DNA of 64,000 nucleotides from Octopus vulgaris (Eukaryota): NCBI GenBank assembly GCA_951406725.2, contig OX597814.1, positions 74,710,001 to 74,774,000 of the forward strand, read 5' to 3'. Shown piece by piece: positions 1 to 13,212 of this stretch (position 1 is its first letter; each line of letters starts with the position of its first letter). The notes under the pieces were generated by a model. It saw only the letters and a program-made list of their open reading frames with translations, ran no database searches and was not told where the DNA came from. The position numbers and the translations under genes were made by a program.

Positions 1-462
1 TCCTTGTAGAGCTTAAGACTTTGCACAAAATGCAAATCAGAATGCGGGGCGCATGAGGGTATGAATGCCAGGTACCACGATCTGATTTATATCGCGGCTG
101 AAAAGTAGCAAACATCTCTCAGTCCTTTTTCATCTCTTTCAGTTAGTTTAAACTGAGATTTAAACATCCAAATTTTAATGCAGTACATTAGCTTGGCCAT
201 CCATCGTGCTCTCTGGTAAGCTCCGGGTGCTTTAAAGCTGATTCTTGACTTAGGGGTACTACTGAGGTACATGAGCGTTAGCTCGAGAAATTCCTTGTAG
301 TCATCACGAGGCTGCTGTTCATCAAACTGCGCTTGAGCAAATTGAATGATTTCGTCAGCATCTGCGATTTTCTCACTGTTAGGATCATCTGTTGCTATCT
401 GGTAATTGTTTTTGCCAATTTCCACCCACTTTGCTTTGAATCTCTTAAACAGTAGAAGATGG
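1..462 (-). mobile_element. Decayed DNA-transposon transposase fragment (Sola2-like, QPRDDY / RARWM type)
   Basis: ORF 87..425 has QPRDDYKEFLEL, FKAPGAYQRARWMAKLMYCIKIWMF and FKLTERDEKGLRD. The frame reads upstream as LLLFKRFKAKW and continues past a TAA (likely former TAC) as IRSWY..APHSDLHF to the window edge. Superfamily is assigned from recalled motifs only. Confidence 0.65.
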
Positions 463-489
463 CAAAGAGACAGAAACTGCAGCTTCTAA

Positions 490-830
490 CACTGTCCTGT
501 CTTTTACTGTTTTTATCTTTATTTGTACTGTTTTTTAAAAATTTATTTGTGCTGCTTTTACGTCCTGTTCTTGTGACCTTTTTTTACCCCTCCGCAAATT
601 TTTTTTATTTAATTCGCTTTGCGGGAAGGACTGTTTCAACGTAGTCGTGTTCTGCCCTTACCTTCGAAACACGCAATGAGTCGAAACAGGGGCAGCTGAA
701 GAAGGGGAATGTTCCTTGTGTTGTTCGTCTTGTACTCTGTTTATTCGTTGTTAAAAAAGTCCGTTTCCTTGTTTTGTTTTTATGTTTTCGTTTCTCGTTG
801 TGTTCTACGTTTTTGTGGTGTCCTGTACTC
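490..830 (+). mobile_element. PLE pLTR-like dispersed repeat, copy 1 (contains permuted HHR-like motif at 631-707)
   Basis: Colinear similarity to the reverse complement of about 3825-4200. T-rich flanks, ends in TA/TATG tract, carries CTGAAGA and GAAA cores. Confidence 0.65.
631..707 (+). ncRNA. Candidate non-circularly permuted hammerhead ribozyme, copy 1
   Basis: CGTG-T-T-CTGCCCT (646-658), CCTTC-GAAA-CACG (661-673), GGGGCAG-CTGAAGA-AGGGG (689-707). Extra helix 631-640/680-689. Confidence 0.55.
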
Positions 831-985
831 ATATATGCATGTATATATACATATAGATATAGGTATGTACATATATGTATGTATGTATGTATGCATATGT
901 TTTTATTTATTAAATTGTTATTATATGATCGAACGCCACGCGTCGTCTTCTTCCAAGTAAATTTTATTTATATATATATATACAT

Positions 986-1385
986 ATATTTATATTAAGG
1001 GCATTGCTATCCATAAATGCCTCACGCTAGGAGGGACTCTTAAAGCCAAAACTACCATAATAAACGCATTGTACCGAACGCGAGAGAATGCGACTCTACG
1101 AAGCGAGCCTTTTAAAAACAGATTCAGCCGCAGATCATATGATTTCATAATTAGTACACATTTTTATGTCTTGATTATGTCTGCACTGACGATTAAAAAG
1201 TGCATTTTTGTGCGCTAATTATTAAATCATATGATCTGCGACTGAATCTGTTTTCAAAAGGCTAGCTTCGTAAAGTTGCATTCCTTCACGTTCAGTACAA
1301 TGTGTTTTTTTTTTATTGTAGTTTTGACTTTCAGAGTTCCTCCAAGCGTGAGGCGTTTATATATAGTAATGCCCTTAATATAAAT
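986..1385. mobile_element. Fold-back (inverted-repeat) non-autonomous element, same family as 20057-20680
   Basis: About 175-bp imperfect inverted arms (986-1160 / 1213-1385) around a short spacer, e.g. ATTAAGGGCATTGCTA vs TAGTAATGCCCTTAAT. Confidence 0.8.
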
Positions 1386-1627
1386 AAATATGTTTAAAGG
1401 GAACAATTAATAATTTTTCCCTTTTGAGGTTTTTTCACGCTAACTACTTAATAAATTCTTATAAATATTTTATCCTATTGTATATATACGTACATATATA
1501 ATAATATATAATAATATAATAATAATGCAAACATTATCGATGACGCATACATCGTGTGTCTTCTTTCTATGCCCATTAGCCGCGAGATAGCGTCATGGTA
1601 AAAAGTCTCTTCACAACAGCGAGTTTT

Positions 1628-2575
<948 letters not shown>

Positions 2576-2639
2576 TAAACAAGTAAAATAATTAAAAGAT
2601 ATACATGTGTGTGTGTGTATGCTTGTGTTTCTGTGTCTG

Positions 2640-2885
2640 TTTGTCCGTGTGTGTGTTTATTTGTGTCTGTGTCTTTGTTTTTGTCCTTCACCACCACTTG
2701 ATAACCGTTGCTGGTATGTTTACGTCTTCGTTAGGTAGCGGTTCGGCAGAAAAGGCAGATAGAATGAGTATCAGGATTTTTAAAAAATGAGTCCAAGGGA
2801 CGATTCATTTCACTAAACATTCTTCAAGGTGGAAACCCGAATATCGCCACAGTCAAATTGGTGAAACAAGCAAAAGATAAAAGAT
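2640..2885 (+). mobile_element. SINE 3' fragment (family A)
   Basis: Similar to the 3' halves of the copies at 3245-3594 (rc) and 51195-51610: TGTTTACGTC..TAGCGGTTCGG..GATAGAATRAGTA, with an AAAGATAAAAGA tail. Confidence 0.7.
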
Positions 2886-3196
2886 ACACACACACACAGA
2901 CACACACAGACACACACAGACACACACACACACATACACACACACAACACACACACACACATACATACACTCACGCACGTATACATACAGATATGCACTC
3001 ACACACACATATGCACACACGCACACATTTATATATAACAATATTTATTTCTGTCTCAACTAAAATATAAAAGCAATTAAACATAAAATCGAAGGATCAT
3101 TCAATCCTGTAATGATAAGGATGACAATGACTCCGAAGTTTCAGTCTGGCCATTGTCATCAAACGTCTCTGTTCTACCTTCTACTTATAAAAATTA

Positions 3197-3242
<46 letters not shown>

Positions 3243-3244
3243 TC

Positions 3245-3594
3245 TTTTATTCTTTTGTTTCAGTCATATGATTGGATAACCGCCTTTAGTTGAAGAAATC
3301 GACCCAATGACTTATTCTTTGAAAGCCTAGTACTTATCTATCAGTTTCTTTTGCTGAACCGCTAAGTTACAGGGACGTGAACACACCAACATTAGTGGGG
3401 GGAACAAACACAGATACACAAATACATACAGATATATATACGTCAGGTTTCATTCAGTTTCCGTCTACCAAATCGGCTTTAGTCGGCCCGAGGCTATAGT
3501 AGAATGCACTTACCCAAGATGCCATGCAGTGGGACTGAAACCCAGAATCATGTGGTTGGTAAGCAAGCTACCAATCACACAGCCACTCCTGCGC
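3245..3594 (-). mobile_element. Full-length tRNA-derived SINE (family A)
   Basis: The rc begins GCGCAGGAGTGGCTGTGTG (A-box-like), then GGGTTTCAGTCCCACTG (B-box-like). The body is repeated elsewhere in the window. Confidence 0.8.
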
Positions 3595-3600
3595 TTGCGC

Positions 3601-3645
<45 letters not shown>

Positions 3646-3824
3646 AGCTTAGAGAAGAATAAGAAGAAACGAAACGAAACCAAACGAATCGAATCGAATC
3701 GACGCGAAGGCGCTCAGTGATACAATAGTGTAATAAATAAAATATATGCATACATACAAACATATATGTACGTACCTACATCTACATGTATATATACATG
3801 CATATATAAATATATATACATGTG

Positions 3825-4200
3825 TACAGGACACCACAAATAGACGTAGAACTCAACGAGAAACGAAAACGTAAAAACAGCATGGAACGGACCATTTTTT
3901 TTAACAACGATAAAACAGAGTACAAAACAACTAAATAAGGAAAAATCCCCTTCATCAGCTGTCCCTAGTTCAACTCCAGCGTGTTTTGAAAGTGAGGACA
4001 GAACACGTCTCATCGAACTAATCCTTCCTGCGAAAGAATTAGATAAAATTCCTTTGCAGAGGGGTAAAAACAAGGGAAAAAAAGTGACAAAAACAGGACG
4101 TAAAAACAATACAATTATAAACAAATACAAAATAAATACAATCACAAAAAATACAGTACAAGAAGGAATAGAAACAGGACAGGAAAACAAATAAAGAGGG
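3825..4200 (-). mobile_element. PLE pLTR-like dispersed repeat, copy 2 (permuted HHR-like motif at 3945-4020)
   Basis: Homologous to 490-830 in the opposite orientation. Confidence 0.65.
3945..4020 (-). ncRNA. Candidate non-circularly permuted hammerhead, copy 2 (GAAA mutated to AAAA, likely inactive)
   Basis: rc: TAGTTCGAT..CGTG-T-T-CTGTCCT-CA-CTTTC-AAAA-CACG..GTTGAACTA-GGGACAG-CTGATGA-AGGGG. Confidence 0.5.
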
Positions 4201-4938
4201 CCTATAAGCCTAGACGAGGAAAAAACTTTTTTTTTTCTTTTTATATGTATATATGTGTGTGTGTATGCTCTGTGTAAGCATTCGACTTGTTTGGGCACGC
4301 TTACGTTAAAAAACAATTTTAGAATGACTTTTTTCTGTCAAAATGCTAAAAATAACTGCCCCCCCCCAAAAAAAAAACCACCCAAGATTCAACTAAATCA
4401 AAAAATAAACCCAAATACTAAGCGAACAAACATGAAACATCCCACTTCTATTGCGCGCGCACACACATTCACACATACACACAAACACACACACACACAC
4501 ACATTCATATAACCCCCTTTTACATACACACATATATTCATACAGAGTTGAAACGCTGCTTGATTTATTTTTTCAGCGTACACTACCAAGTATGACATCA
4601 CGCCTTCCTTCCTTATTCATCTATTACCCATTCTTTTCTCATTCATAAACACAAGAGTATTATTATATTAGATTGTCTCGGCAACCATGGGAGCTATGAA
4701 AAAATACAAAGCCCAGCATCACCACCGGATCATTCTACACATATTTGTAATTTTTCGTGCAATTCCACCCAACCGTTTGACCGTGTATCCCAAGACAAGA
4801 AAGAATCGCCCATGTCAAATTTATTTGTATATATATAAAAGATAACAAAAAATGGAACAAGAACGTAACAGGCGACAACAAAACATTCGGACAGTTAGAC
4901 GATACAAAAAAAGACATATATATCTATATCTATATCTA

Positions 4939-5142
<204 letters not shown>

Positions 5143-5148
5143 TATATA

Positions 5149-5232
<84 letters not shown>

Positions 5233-5836
5233 ATATGTCGAAAGCGTGTATATGTATGTTTGTGTTTCTCTATATATACCTACACAAACGTATGTATGTA
5301 TGTATATATGCATGTATGTATGTATGTATGTATGTATGTATGTATGTATGTATGTATGTATGTATGTATGTATGTATGTATGTATGTATGTTGAGGCAAT
5401 TATGCGGATAAACAAATTAGACACATTAATAGTTTGGGTATGAAATACAAAATATGTATACATGCAAAACGAGAAAAAGCAAAATGTGGAATCTTTCAGA
5501 TGATGAACTTTTAAGTATTAATATATAGATATTTGTATTAATAGGCCCAACTTACAAACGACAGAGAAAAATTGAAGGGGTGCAGCAGTGGCGCATGCCT
5601 GTCTGTATAGGAAGAATGTTACTCCCCAACCATGTGGTCCCCCAGGCCGACCAAAGTCTTAAGAGTGCATTTATCTTTTATCTTTTATTTGTTTCAGGCA
5701 TTACACAGAAGCCATGCTGTGACACCGTCTTGAAGAACTCTTTGTAGAATTAATCGACCCCAGTACTTATTCCTTCCTTTTAATCTTTCTTGTTTTTTCT
5801 TTTATTTTTTTGAAAACTGGTACCTAGTCTTTCTAT

Positions 5837-5901
<65 letters not shown>

Positions 5902-5906
5902 AATAA

Positions 5907-6067
5907 AGTAAATGAAAAACAGGATGCAAAGGATTTTGCGGTACATATGTTTCGGGCTTTATTGAACAACTTATTCTTATATCAATGCATAATTGATTAT
6001 AACAGACAGATCAAAAGCCCGAAACATATGTACCGCAAAATCCTTTGCGTCCTGTTTTTCATTTACT
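5907..6067. repeat. 54-bp-arm inverted repeat carrying half of a PLE hammerhead (GCCC-GAAACATATGTA)
   Basis: 5907-5960 is the near-exact rc of 6014-6067. Adjacent to a (TA)n tract. Confidence 0.85.
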
Positions 6068-6158
6068 ACATTGGATACATATATCCTATCACCTATGCCA
6101 CTAGCTGGCATATACAGGTGCTTACATTTATCAAGTATTCACCCTGAATTTATTGTAG

Positions 6159-6190
<32 letters not shown>

Positions 6191-6206
6191 TTGTGTATGC
6201 ATGTAA

Positions 6207-6261
<55 letters not shown>

Positions 6262-6591
6262 TAATATAAACAGCAGGTTGCAATGTTTCATCAAAAAGGA
6301 GAGTTATAATTTTCACTAAATGTTAAGAAATACCTATATTGCTAGAAATAAAAGCTAAACTGCTCTAATGGTGTAGTTAAAGCACATAAATGTAGGCATA
6401 CACTAACGGACCTGAATCGTCCGAAAAATGCTCATCGAGAATATATATATATATATATAATTCACTCCGTCGGTTACAGGGTACATGTCTGGGTGGAAGG
6501 TCGCCTCACCGGCGAACGCACAACCTAAGATTCTTTTTATGGAAGACCAGCAGTCGGCCACGCATACCAGCTTCCCGTCTCCAAGCCACGT

Positions 6592-6701
6592 GAAATAAAG
6601 TGTCTTGCTCAAGAACGCAACGCGCAGCCTGTTCCAGGAATTGAACCCACAATCTCACGATCGTAAACTCTACGCTCTAACCACTGAGCCATGCGCCTTC
6701 A
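6592..6701 (-). mobile_element. tRNA-headed SINE 5' part (family C)
   Basis: rc GAAGGCGCATGGCTCAGTGGTTAGAGCG (A box), GGGTTCAATTCC (B box), then TTCTTGAGCAAGACACTTT, a typical SINE core rather than a tRNA 3' end. Confidence 0.75.
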
Positions 6702-6706
6702 CATTA

Positions 6707-6812
<106 letters not shown>

Positions 6813-6819
6813 TCTTTAC

Positions 6820-7027
6820 TACCCACTAGAGGCTAAACACAGAGAGGACAAACAAGGACAGACAAACGGATTAAGTCGAATATATCGACCCCAGTGCGTA
6901 ACTGGTACTTATTTAATCGACCCCCGAAAGGATGAAAGGCACAATCGACCTCGGCGGAATTTGAACTCAGAACGTAGCGGCAAACGAAATACCGCAAAGC
7001 ATTTCGCCCGGCGTGCTAACGTTTCTA
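6820..7027 (-). mobile_element. SINE (family B, Nin-domain-like)
   Basis: Near-identical to 50905-51078. The rc contains GAGTTCAAATTCCGCCGAGGTCGA..GCCTTTCATCCTTTCGGGG. Confidence 0.8.
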
Positions 7028-7236
7028 TCGTTTAATTTCTAGGCTTTGATAAAATAAAACCCTGCAGCCAAATATGCTAAAGAATGATTGAAGTTCTTTA
7101 TATTGGTTTGTTTTGAATTCAAAACAATGCAGTAGCGACGCGGAAAGCATTAAGATATTAGTTAGTGCCCCGAAAGTAAAATCGCCGTAAGTGTAATAAA
7201 AATGTTCTCCAAAGTCTTCTGGTCTTTAAAATCGAA

Positions 7237-7460
7237 GGGCGGGAAAAAAAAAGAAGTAAAATAAATTAAGACGTGCGAAACTGAATGTTGTTTTTATTTT
7301 TATACTTCCTATTATCCTAGTTAATAACTCTCTGATCGGGAAACCCCCACTTCCAGTTGCTAATAATGATGTATGTAAATTTTCTGATACACGATTGGCT
7401 CATGCAACTGTATTATAAAAGCGAGTAGTTTCTTAGCTAGCATAAACACTGTCAGTCGCA
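7237..7460 (+). promoter_or_regulatory. Pol II promoter of the EGF-peptide gene
   Basis: GC box GGGCGGG 7237-7243, NF-kB consensus GGGAAACCCC 7338-7347, reverse CCAAT (ATTGG) 7394-7398, TATAAAAG 7414-7421, Inr-like TCAGTC 7452-7457, ATG at 7530. Confidence 0.6.
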
Positions 7461-7529
7461 GAATCTGCCTGTAACGTATCTCGAGAAGCACAACTTGAAA
7501 TCATAGGATATATCAATAGCACAAACAGC

Positions 7530-7841
7530 ATGGTGGTAGCAGTAAGTGGTTGTAGTAAACGTGTCTCGCTGTTTAAATTTTTACTTTTCTTAACATTTAT
7601 GGAATTTGCAATTTCTATACGTTTCTACGAGATCTGTGAAGTGGGCAGATGTAAGAACGGCGGTACAATGTATTTTCCGGACACTTTCTTGGGGATGTGC
7701 AGGTGCATCTGCCCGTATCCATATATTGGAGCCCTCTGCCAAAATACTAGGATAATTCCTCGAAAAGCACGGTCTAAGAGAAGGAGGGGTTTGGAGAGAC
7801 GAGGTCGAAGATCTCTATTGATAAAAATCTTAACGAATTAG
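7530..7841 (+). CDS. Secreted single EGF-like domain precursor (103 aa) with polybasic C-terminal tail
   Basis: Hydrophobic signal-like segment SLFKFLLFLTFMEFAIS. EGF-like CEVGRCKNGGT..CRCICPYPYIGALC with six Cys. Convertase-type sites RKAR/RSKR/RRR/RGRR. Non-repetitive sequence, promoter upstream, splice donor GTAAGT at 7854. Confidence 0.82.
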   Translation: MVVAVSGCSKRVSLFKFLLFLTFMEFAISIRFYEICEVGRCKNGGTMYFPDTFLGMCRCICPYPYIGALCQNTRIIPRKARSKRRRGLERRGRRSLLIKILTN

Positions 7842-7978
7842 ATCTTTCATTAAGTAAGTAGAAAACTTTTTCTTTTCTTTTCTTTTTATTCTTTTCTTAC
7901 GTTTTTCTTTCTTTCTTTTAATTTCGATACCTTTCTTATTACTGTTCTTTTCCTTTCCATTCTACCTATTCTATATTG

Positions 7979-8014
<36 letters not shown>

Positions 8015-8033
8015 TTTCTTGCCGAGAAACAAA

Positions 8034-8065
<32 letters not shown>

Positions 8066-8419
8066 AGAGAGAGAGAGGAAGGGGAGGGAGGAAGATAGGT
8101 GAGTTGAAAGTTGTGGGTAACAGAGAATGTAACGTGTCGAGTTTGCGGTCTACTAAATATGTGTGTTGTGTTGTGTGTATGTGTGTGTGTGCAAGCGTGT
8201 GTATACGCGTGCGTATGTAGGTGTGTCTTTATGTATGCATGTGGGCATATGTGAATGTATATATATACGTCCGTACATAATTTATATACATACATGTATA
8301 TAAATATAAACATATAAGGATGCGTGTATGTGTGTCTGTGTGTGTATATGTGTACACACACACAATACACAAGCACACACACACACACACACATATGTGT
8401 GTATATATGCCTCTTTTAC

Positions 8420-8815
8420 TCACTTCTGTCATTGGACTGCGCCCATTGTGGGGTGCCACTTTGATGAGTTTACTTGAACAAATCGACCCTAGTACTTATT
8501 TTTTAAAGTCTAGCACTTTTTCTATCGTCTCTTTTGTCAGACGGCTAAGCTACACCAATGTAAACAAACCAACACCGGCAATCAAACTGTAGGTCCGGAT
8601 AAACCTCAATGCAAAACTACTGATACACGCGCGCACACATACTGTATTATATATATACACACACACACACGGCGGGTTTGCACATAGATATCCACTTTCT
8701 GAATCCATTCAAAATATATTGGGCGTTCCGATTCCATAGTACAAGACACTTCCCTAAGGTGCCATGCAGTAAGAATGAACCTAACACCACGAGTTTCCAA
8801 TCCGCGTCTCATACA
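8420..8815 (-). mobile_element. Diverged SINE (family A)
   Basis: AAATCGACCCTAGTACTTAT..CGGCTAAG..GTAAACAAACCAACACC..AAGACACTT..GTGCCATGCAGT, matching 3245-3594. Confidence 0.65.
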
Positions 8816-8948
8816 CAGTTAAGTGCATACAAATGTATGTATGTATATATGTATATATATAAAGTTAATCCAAACATGAAAACACAAAGAGAAAACACAA
8901 CAACGCGAGAACGTGGAACAAATATAGTATAATTGGACGCTCAGGAAG

Positions 8949-8949
<1 letters not shown>

Positions 8950-8997
<48 letters not shown>

Positions 8998-9018
8998 CAT
9001 GAGGATATATATATATAT

Positions 9019-9053
<35 letters not shown>

Positions 9054-9491
9054 CATGAGGATATATAAATCTCTTATAGGAATAGTAGTTTTATATATAT
9101 GTATATACACATTTATTTATTTATATATGTACAATCAAGTAGGCTCGTATATTCATATATGAATATTTGTGTACATGTCTGTGCATTTATGTATAAAAGC
9201 GTATATACCCATATGTACCAATAATTGCTTGTGTATGCGCATACACAATAAGAAAAACTTGTGCACGCATAATTTGAAACGTACAACTAAGCATTTCTGT
9301 AAATATGTGTCTGTCGACACGTGCATCAGTATTTGTGTCCGTATGCATACGTAGGGATAAATAAAAGCATGTCTCTGCATAATTTACATGTACGGCTTTA
9401 TATATGCAACTCTCTGACTATGAATATTTGTATTTATGTGTGTGCATGCATGGATACGTATGTATGGGTGTATGTCTAAGTTGTGTATGTC

Positions 9492-9546
<55 letters not shown>

Positions 9547-9608
9547 TATATACATATATATATATATGTATGTATATATATATGTGTGTGTGTATATATA
9601 TATGTATG

Positions 9609-9664
<56 letters not shown>

Positions 9665-9852
9665 TATGTGCGTGTGTGTGTATATTTGCATGTATATATT
9701 ATACGTATGAATGTACATGTATTACATAGAAATCAATATTTAGTATATGCATGCATATGTGTGTGTGTGTTTATGTACATATGTATATATCTATTTTTAT
9801 GATTTATATGTATATACACATGTATATACATTTGTACATATATATGTATGTG

Positions 9853-9931
<79 letters not shown>

Positions 9932-10160
9932 TGAGAGGGAGAAAAATAAAGATAGATAGATAAACATATGCATACATACACATATATATACATACATATA
10001 CATACATACTAAATATACACAAATATATACATACACTACATATATACAAATACATATATACATACATACATACATACATACATACATACACACATATGTA
10101 CATGCATAATAGATTGATAAGTATTGTGTGTGCGTGTGTGTATGTGTATATTTTTTTAGA
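8950..10160. repeat. Compound TA/TG/TACA/GA microsatellite block
   Basis: Directly visible. Confidence 0.95.
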
Positions 10161-10577
10161 TTATGTGTGTTCTGTGTTATATGTGAATCACTTTTTTTCT
10201 GTCTGTACCGGCTCACAACTGCTGCTCTCGAGCCCCCTCCCTATGCTACTTCACCCCCATCCCCACACGCACCGCCTGTGACATCGTCTTTACCAGTGCC
10301 CCGCTTTTTTCTTTTACTTTTCTTTTTACTTAACTCACCTCCCCAGCAAGCAGTAAATGATGCAATAAGCAACTGTTGTGAGAACAGAGGACGAGCGACA
10401 TCGCTCTCAACAACTCGGAACAAAAGATAATAATAGCAAAGCGTTGGTGGAACAGAATAGATATAAAATAAATAGAAGTGGGTCTCTTTAAAAGATGTAG
10501 GAATTATTTTACTTTACAACAGGTATTATTAATGACCTACATGATGTATATCAAGTGGACGTTTTTGTTCATGTTTC

Positions 10578-10603
10578 CCTTCTTCTTCTTCTTCTTCTTC
10601 TTC

Positions 10604-10688
<85 letters not shown>

Positions 10689-10692
10689 CATC

Positions 10693-10721
<29 letters not shown>
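10578..10721. repeat. (TTC)n(TTA)n microsatellite
   Basis: Directly visible. Explains the poly-L and poly-I ORFs. Confidence 0.95.
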
Positions 10722-10723
<2 letters not shown>

Positions 10724-11111
10724 GGGGCGTGGTTATTGCTAGTTGAAAAATTTCGTTGTTAATTGTTTTAACAGTTTGATTTCAAATGTCATAATTCCAC
10801 AAAATTTGAACGACTGAGAAAATAGATCTTTAAAATTTCATCTCTCTCTCTCTCGCTCACTCTTTATTCATCTCTCTCCCTCTCCTCCTCCCCAAATTAT
10901 ATATTTTGGATATTTATCATTTTTTCACACAGTATATATTTTAACAACACCCTAAACTTTTATTTCTCTATGTACTCCCATTCCTTTATCCTTCTATTCT
11001 GTAAAACTTTCTGAAGGTTGCGAACTTATTGTATATATATAGAGAGAAAATAAATTTCTAAATATAATAATTTCCTCTCTCTCTCTCTCTCTATCTCCAC
11101 GTAAGCACCCG

Positions 11112-11192
<81 letters not shown>

Positions 11193-13212
11193 ACGCACGC
11201 ACGCGCGCGCTTTAGACTTAGCATATGTCCCGCGTTGAAGGGTCTGTCTCGGTCTCAGTTATTATATCAAGTGATTAAATTCTAAGACGGAAAAACTAAA
11301 AGTATTAACTCCCACAAAGGGTCCTAGCCTTATTGTACACTATTCACTAATAAATATAATGAAAACCAAGTGCTGTGTACATTTCCCAGAGCTCTAGCGA
11401 GTGTTTGTTGTAGTCACGTCGTAATAGCACTCTCAAGTCTCAAGTAGATAGGTACTGTAGTTTAAAGACATTTTGCTCATCCATTAAAAATGGATTAAAA
11501 ATGAGCTATTCCAAGGATTAAGAGTATGTAATATAATTAATAAAATTTAATGGTTTTTCTACCTTATTCTATAAAAGCTGAAGATTGATGTTTTATGCTT
11601 CGTATAGTACGCGAATCTTTACCAAAAAGCGATGAGGGCTTCAAGCTCCACCATTAGCCACAATGATATACTAAAAATTCATAGCCTCCTCCGTTCGAAC
11701 GTGTGCGCGGGGATTTTTCTTGGCGCAGGGCTTAATTTGAACAAATCTAAGTAGCTTAAAACAGGCCATGCCTATAATTTAAATGTTGTCTCTGTATGAG
11801 CCTAAGAAATTATGATAAGCCTAACTATGAATGAATGCCGTGTCACATAAGATAACCTAGACATAGTTGTGATTGGAGGTTTAAATATTTTACCTACCTC
11901 GAATCCTGCAAGAGATATATTGCAGACTTATAGAATCAGTATAAAATACTCTGATAGAATATGTAGAATCACCTACCAACGTCTGTACAAAACTAAATCC
12001 TGTAATCGGTCAAAATGAGGGAGATAGCTAAATAGTGACAGACGAAGGTTTAGTTACCCAAACGACAGCTGATACAATCAATAGCGATCACTGAGTTTTT
12101 AAGTATTAGTGAAATATTATTTGCAGAACTACTATCTTGAATTACGCTTTTTAATGCACTTCAGATAATACATTAAGTAATATCATCCAGATGGGAGCGT
12201 GTTCTGGTTATGCTCCTTAGAGTATAATATAATATAATATAATATGTCTATGCATTTGTCTGTGTTTGTACCACTGTTGGCGCTGTATTTGTTATTGCTA
12301 ATAACATAGCTGTTTTAATAATAAGAGATTGATAAATTTAGTACCACACTTAAACAAGTATTGGGAGGAATATTATCAACTAAATCCTGGAAGGCAGTGC
12401 TCAGCACTTTATATTTTACTTGTTGTGTATGAGGGACAGGATTGTGACCATGGCTTTTGCATGCCCACTTGTATCGGTGAAACTGATATTATTAATGTTC
12501 CTCTTGAAACATTGTAAGTCAATACTTAGAGGAAATATATGAACAGAGAAGGCATTCTAGAGGGCCGACATTCTGTGAAAGAATGACAAGATCTGGGGAT
12601 TTTTTTTTTTTTTTGCAGAGCTTGTGGGTTTGGATATAAAAAGGATGATCGGAAGAGGAGAGTCATGTGAAGAAAGCGGAAAATTATTTAAAAAAAGAAA
12701 AAAACTAGTACCTTCTTGACAGTCAAGATATCGGTGAGCCAAGTCAGCTGCCATTCGGTTGCGATTCCATTTTGGAAACATCTTTCTTTCAACGCAGTTG
12801 TTGTAACCTTTGGATAAGACATGACCTACCACAAAATCTAAATTCCACATGAACTTTCAATATATGAACTAAAGCCTGTGTTTTTTGTGGAATAGGAGGA
12901 GGTTCTCTTGAATGCTGTTCGTTATTCTATTACAATTTCCAACTGAAACCGTTTCACATTCATCATTAATTTTCTGATCAAGTCATGAAAAATACAATTT
13001 TATTAATTTTCCTCTCTATATGGGTTTAAAGCTTTATATTTTTGCATAATTTTATGCTAAATTTAATGTATAAACAGTTAAGTATCCGCTTATCACTCGA
13101 TTGTTTAATCCTTTTCTGTGACTGTAATGTTTAATTTTTTTATTCTTTCCATCGAAGCTAAATAGTGATATATTAATTATACTAAAGTTTACACTTTCTT
13201 TCTATTTTTCAG

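Noticed and set aside
6620-6701. tRNA-like sequence with A and B boxes
   Set aside because: It has no acceptor stem closure and runs into a SINE core, so it is a SINE head. The same applies to the family A and B heads.
12329-12517. 62-aa ORF ending at a GTAAGT donor-like site
   Set aside because: It overlaps decayed SINE-like sequence, with no recognisable domain or clear acceptor.
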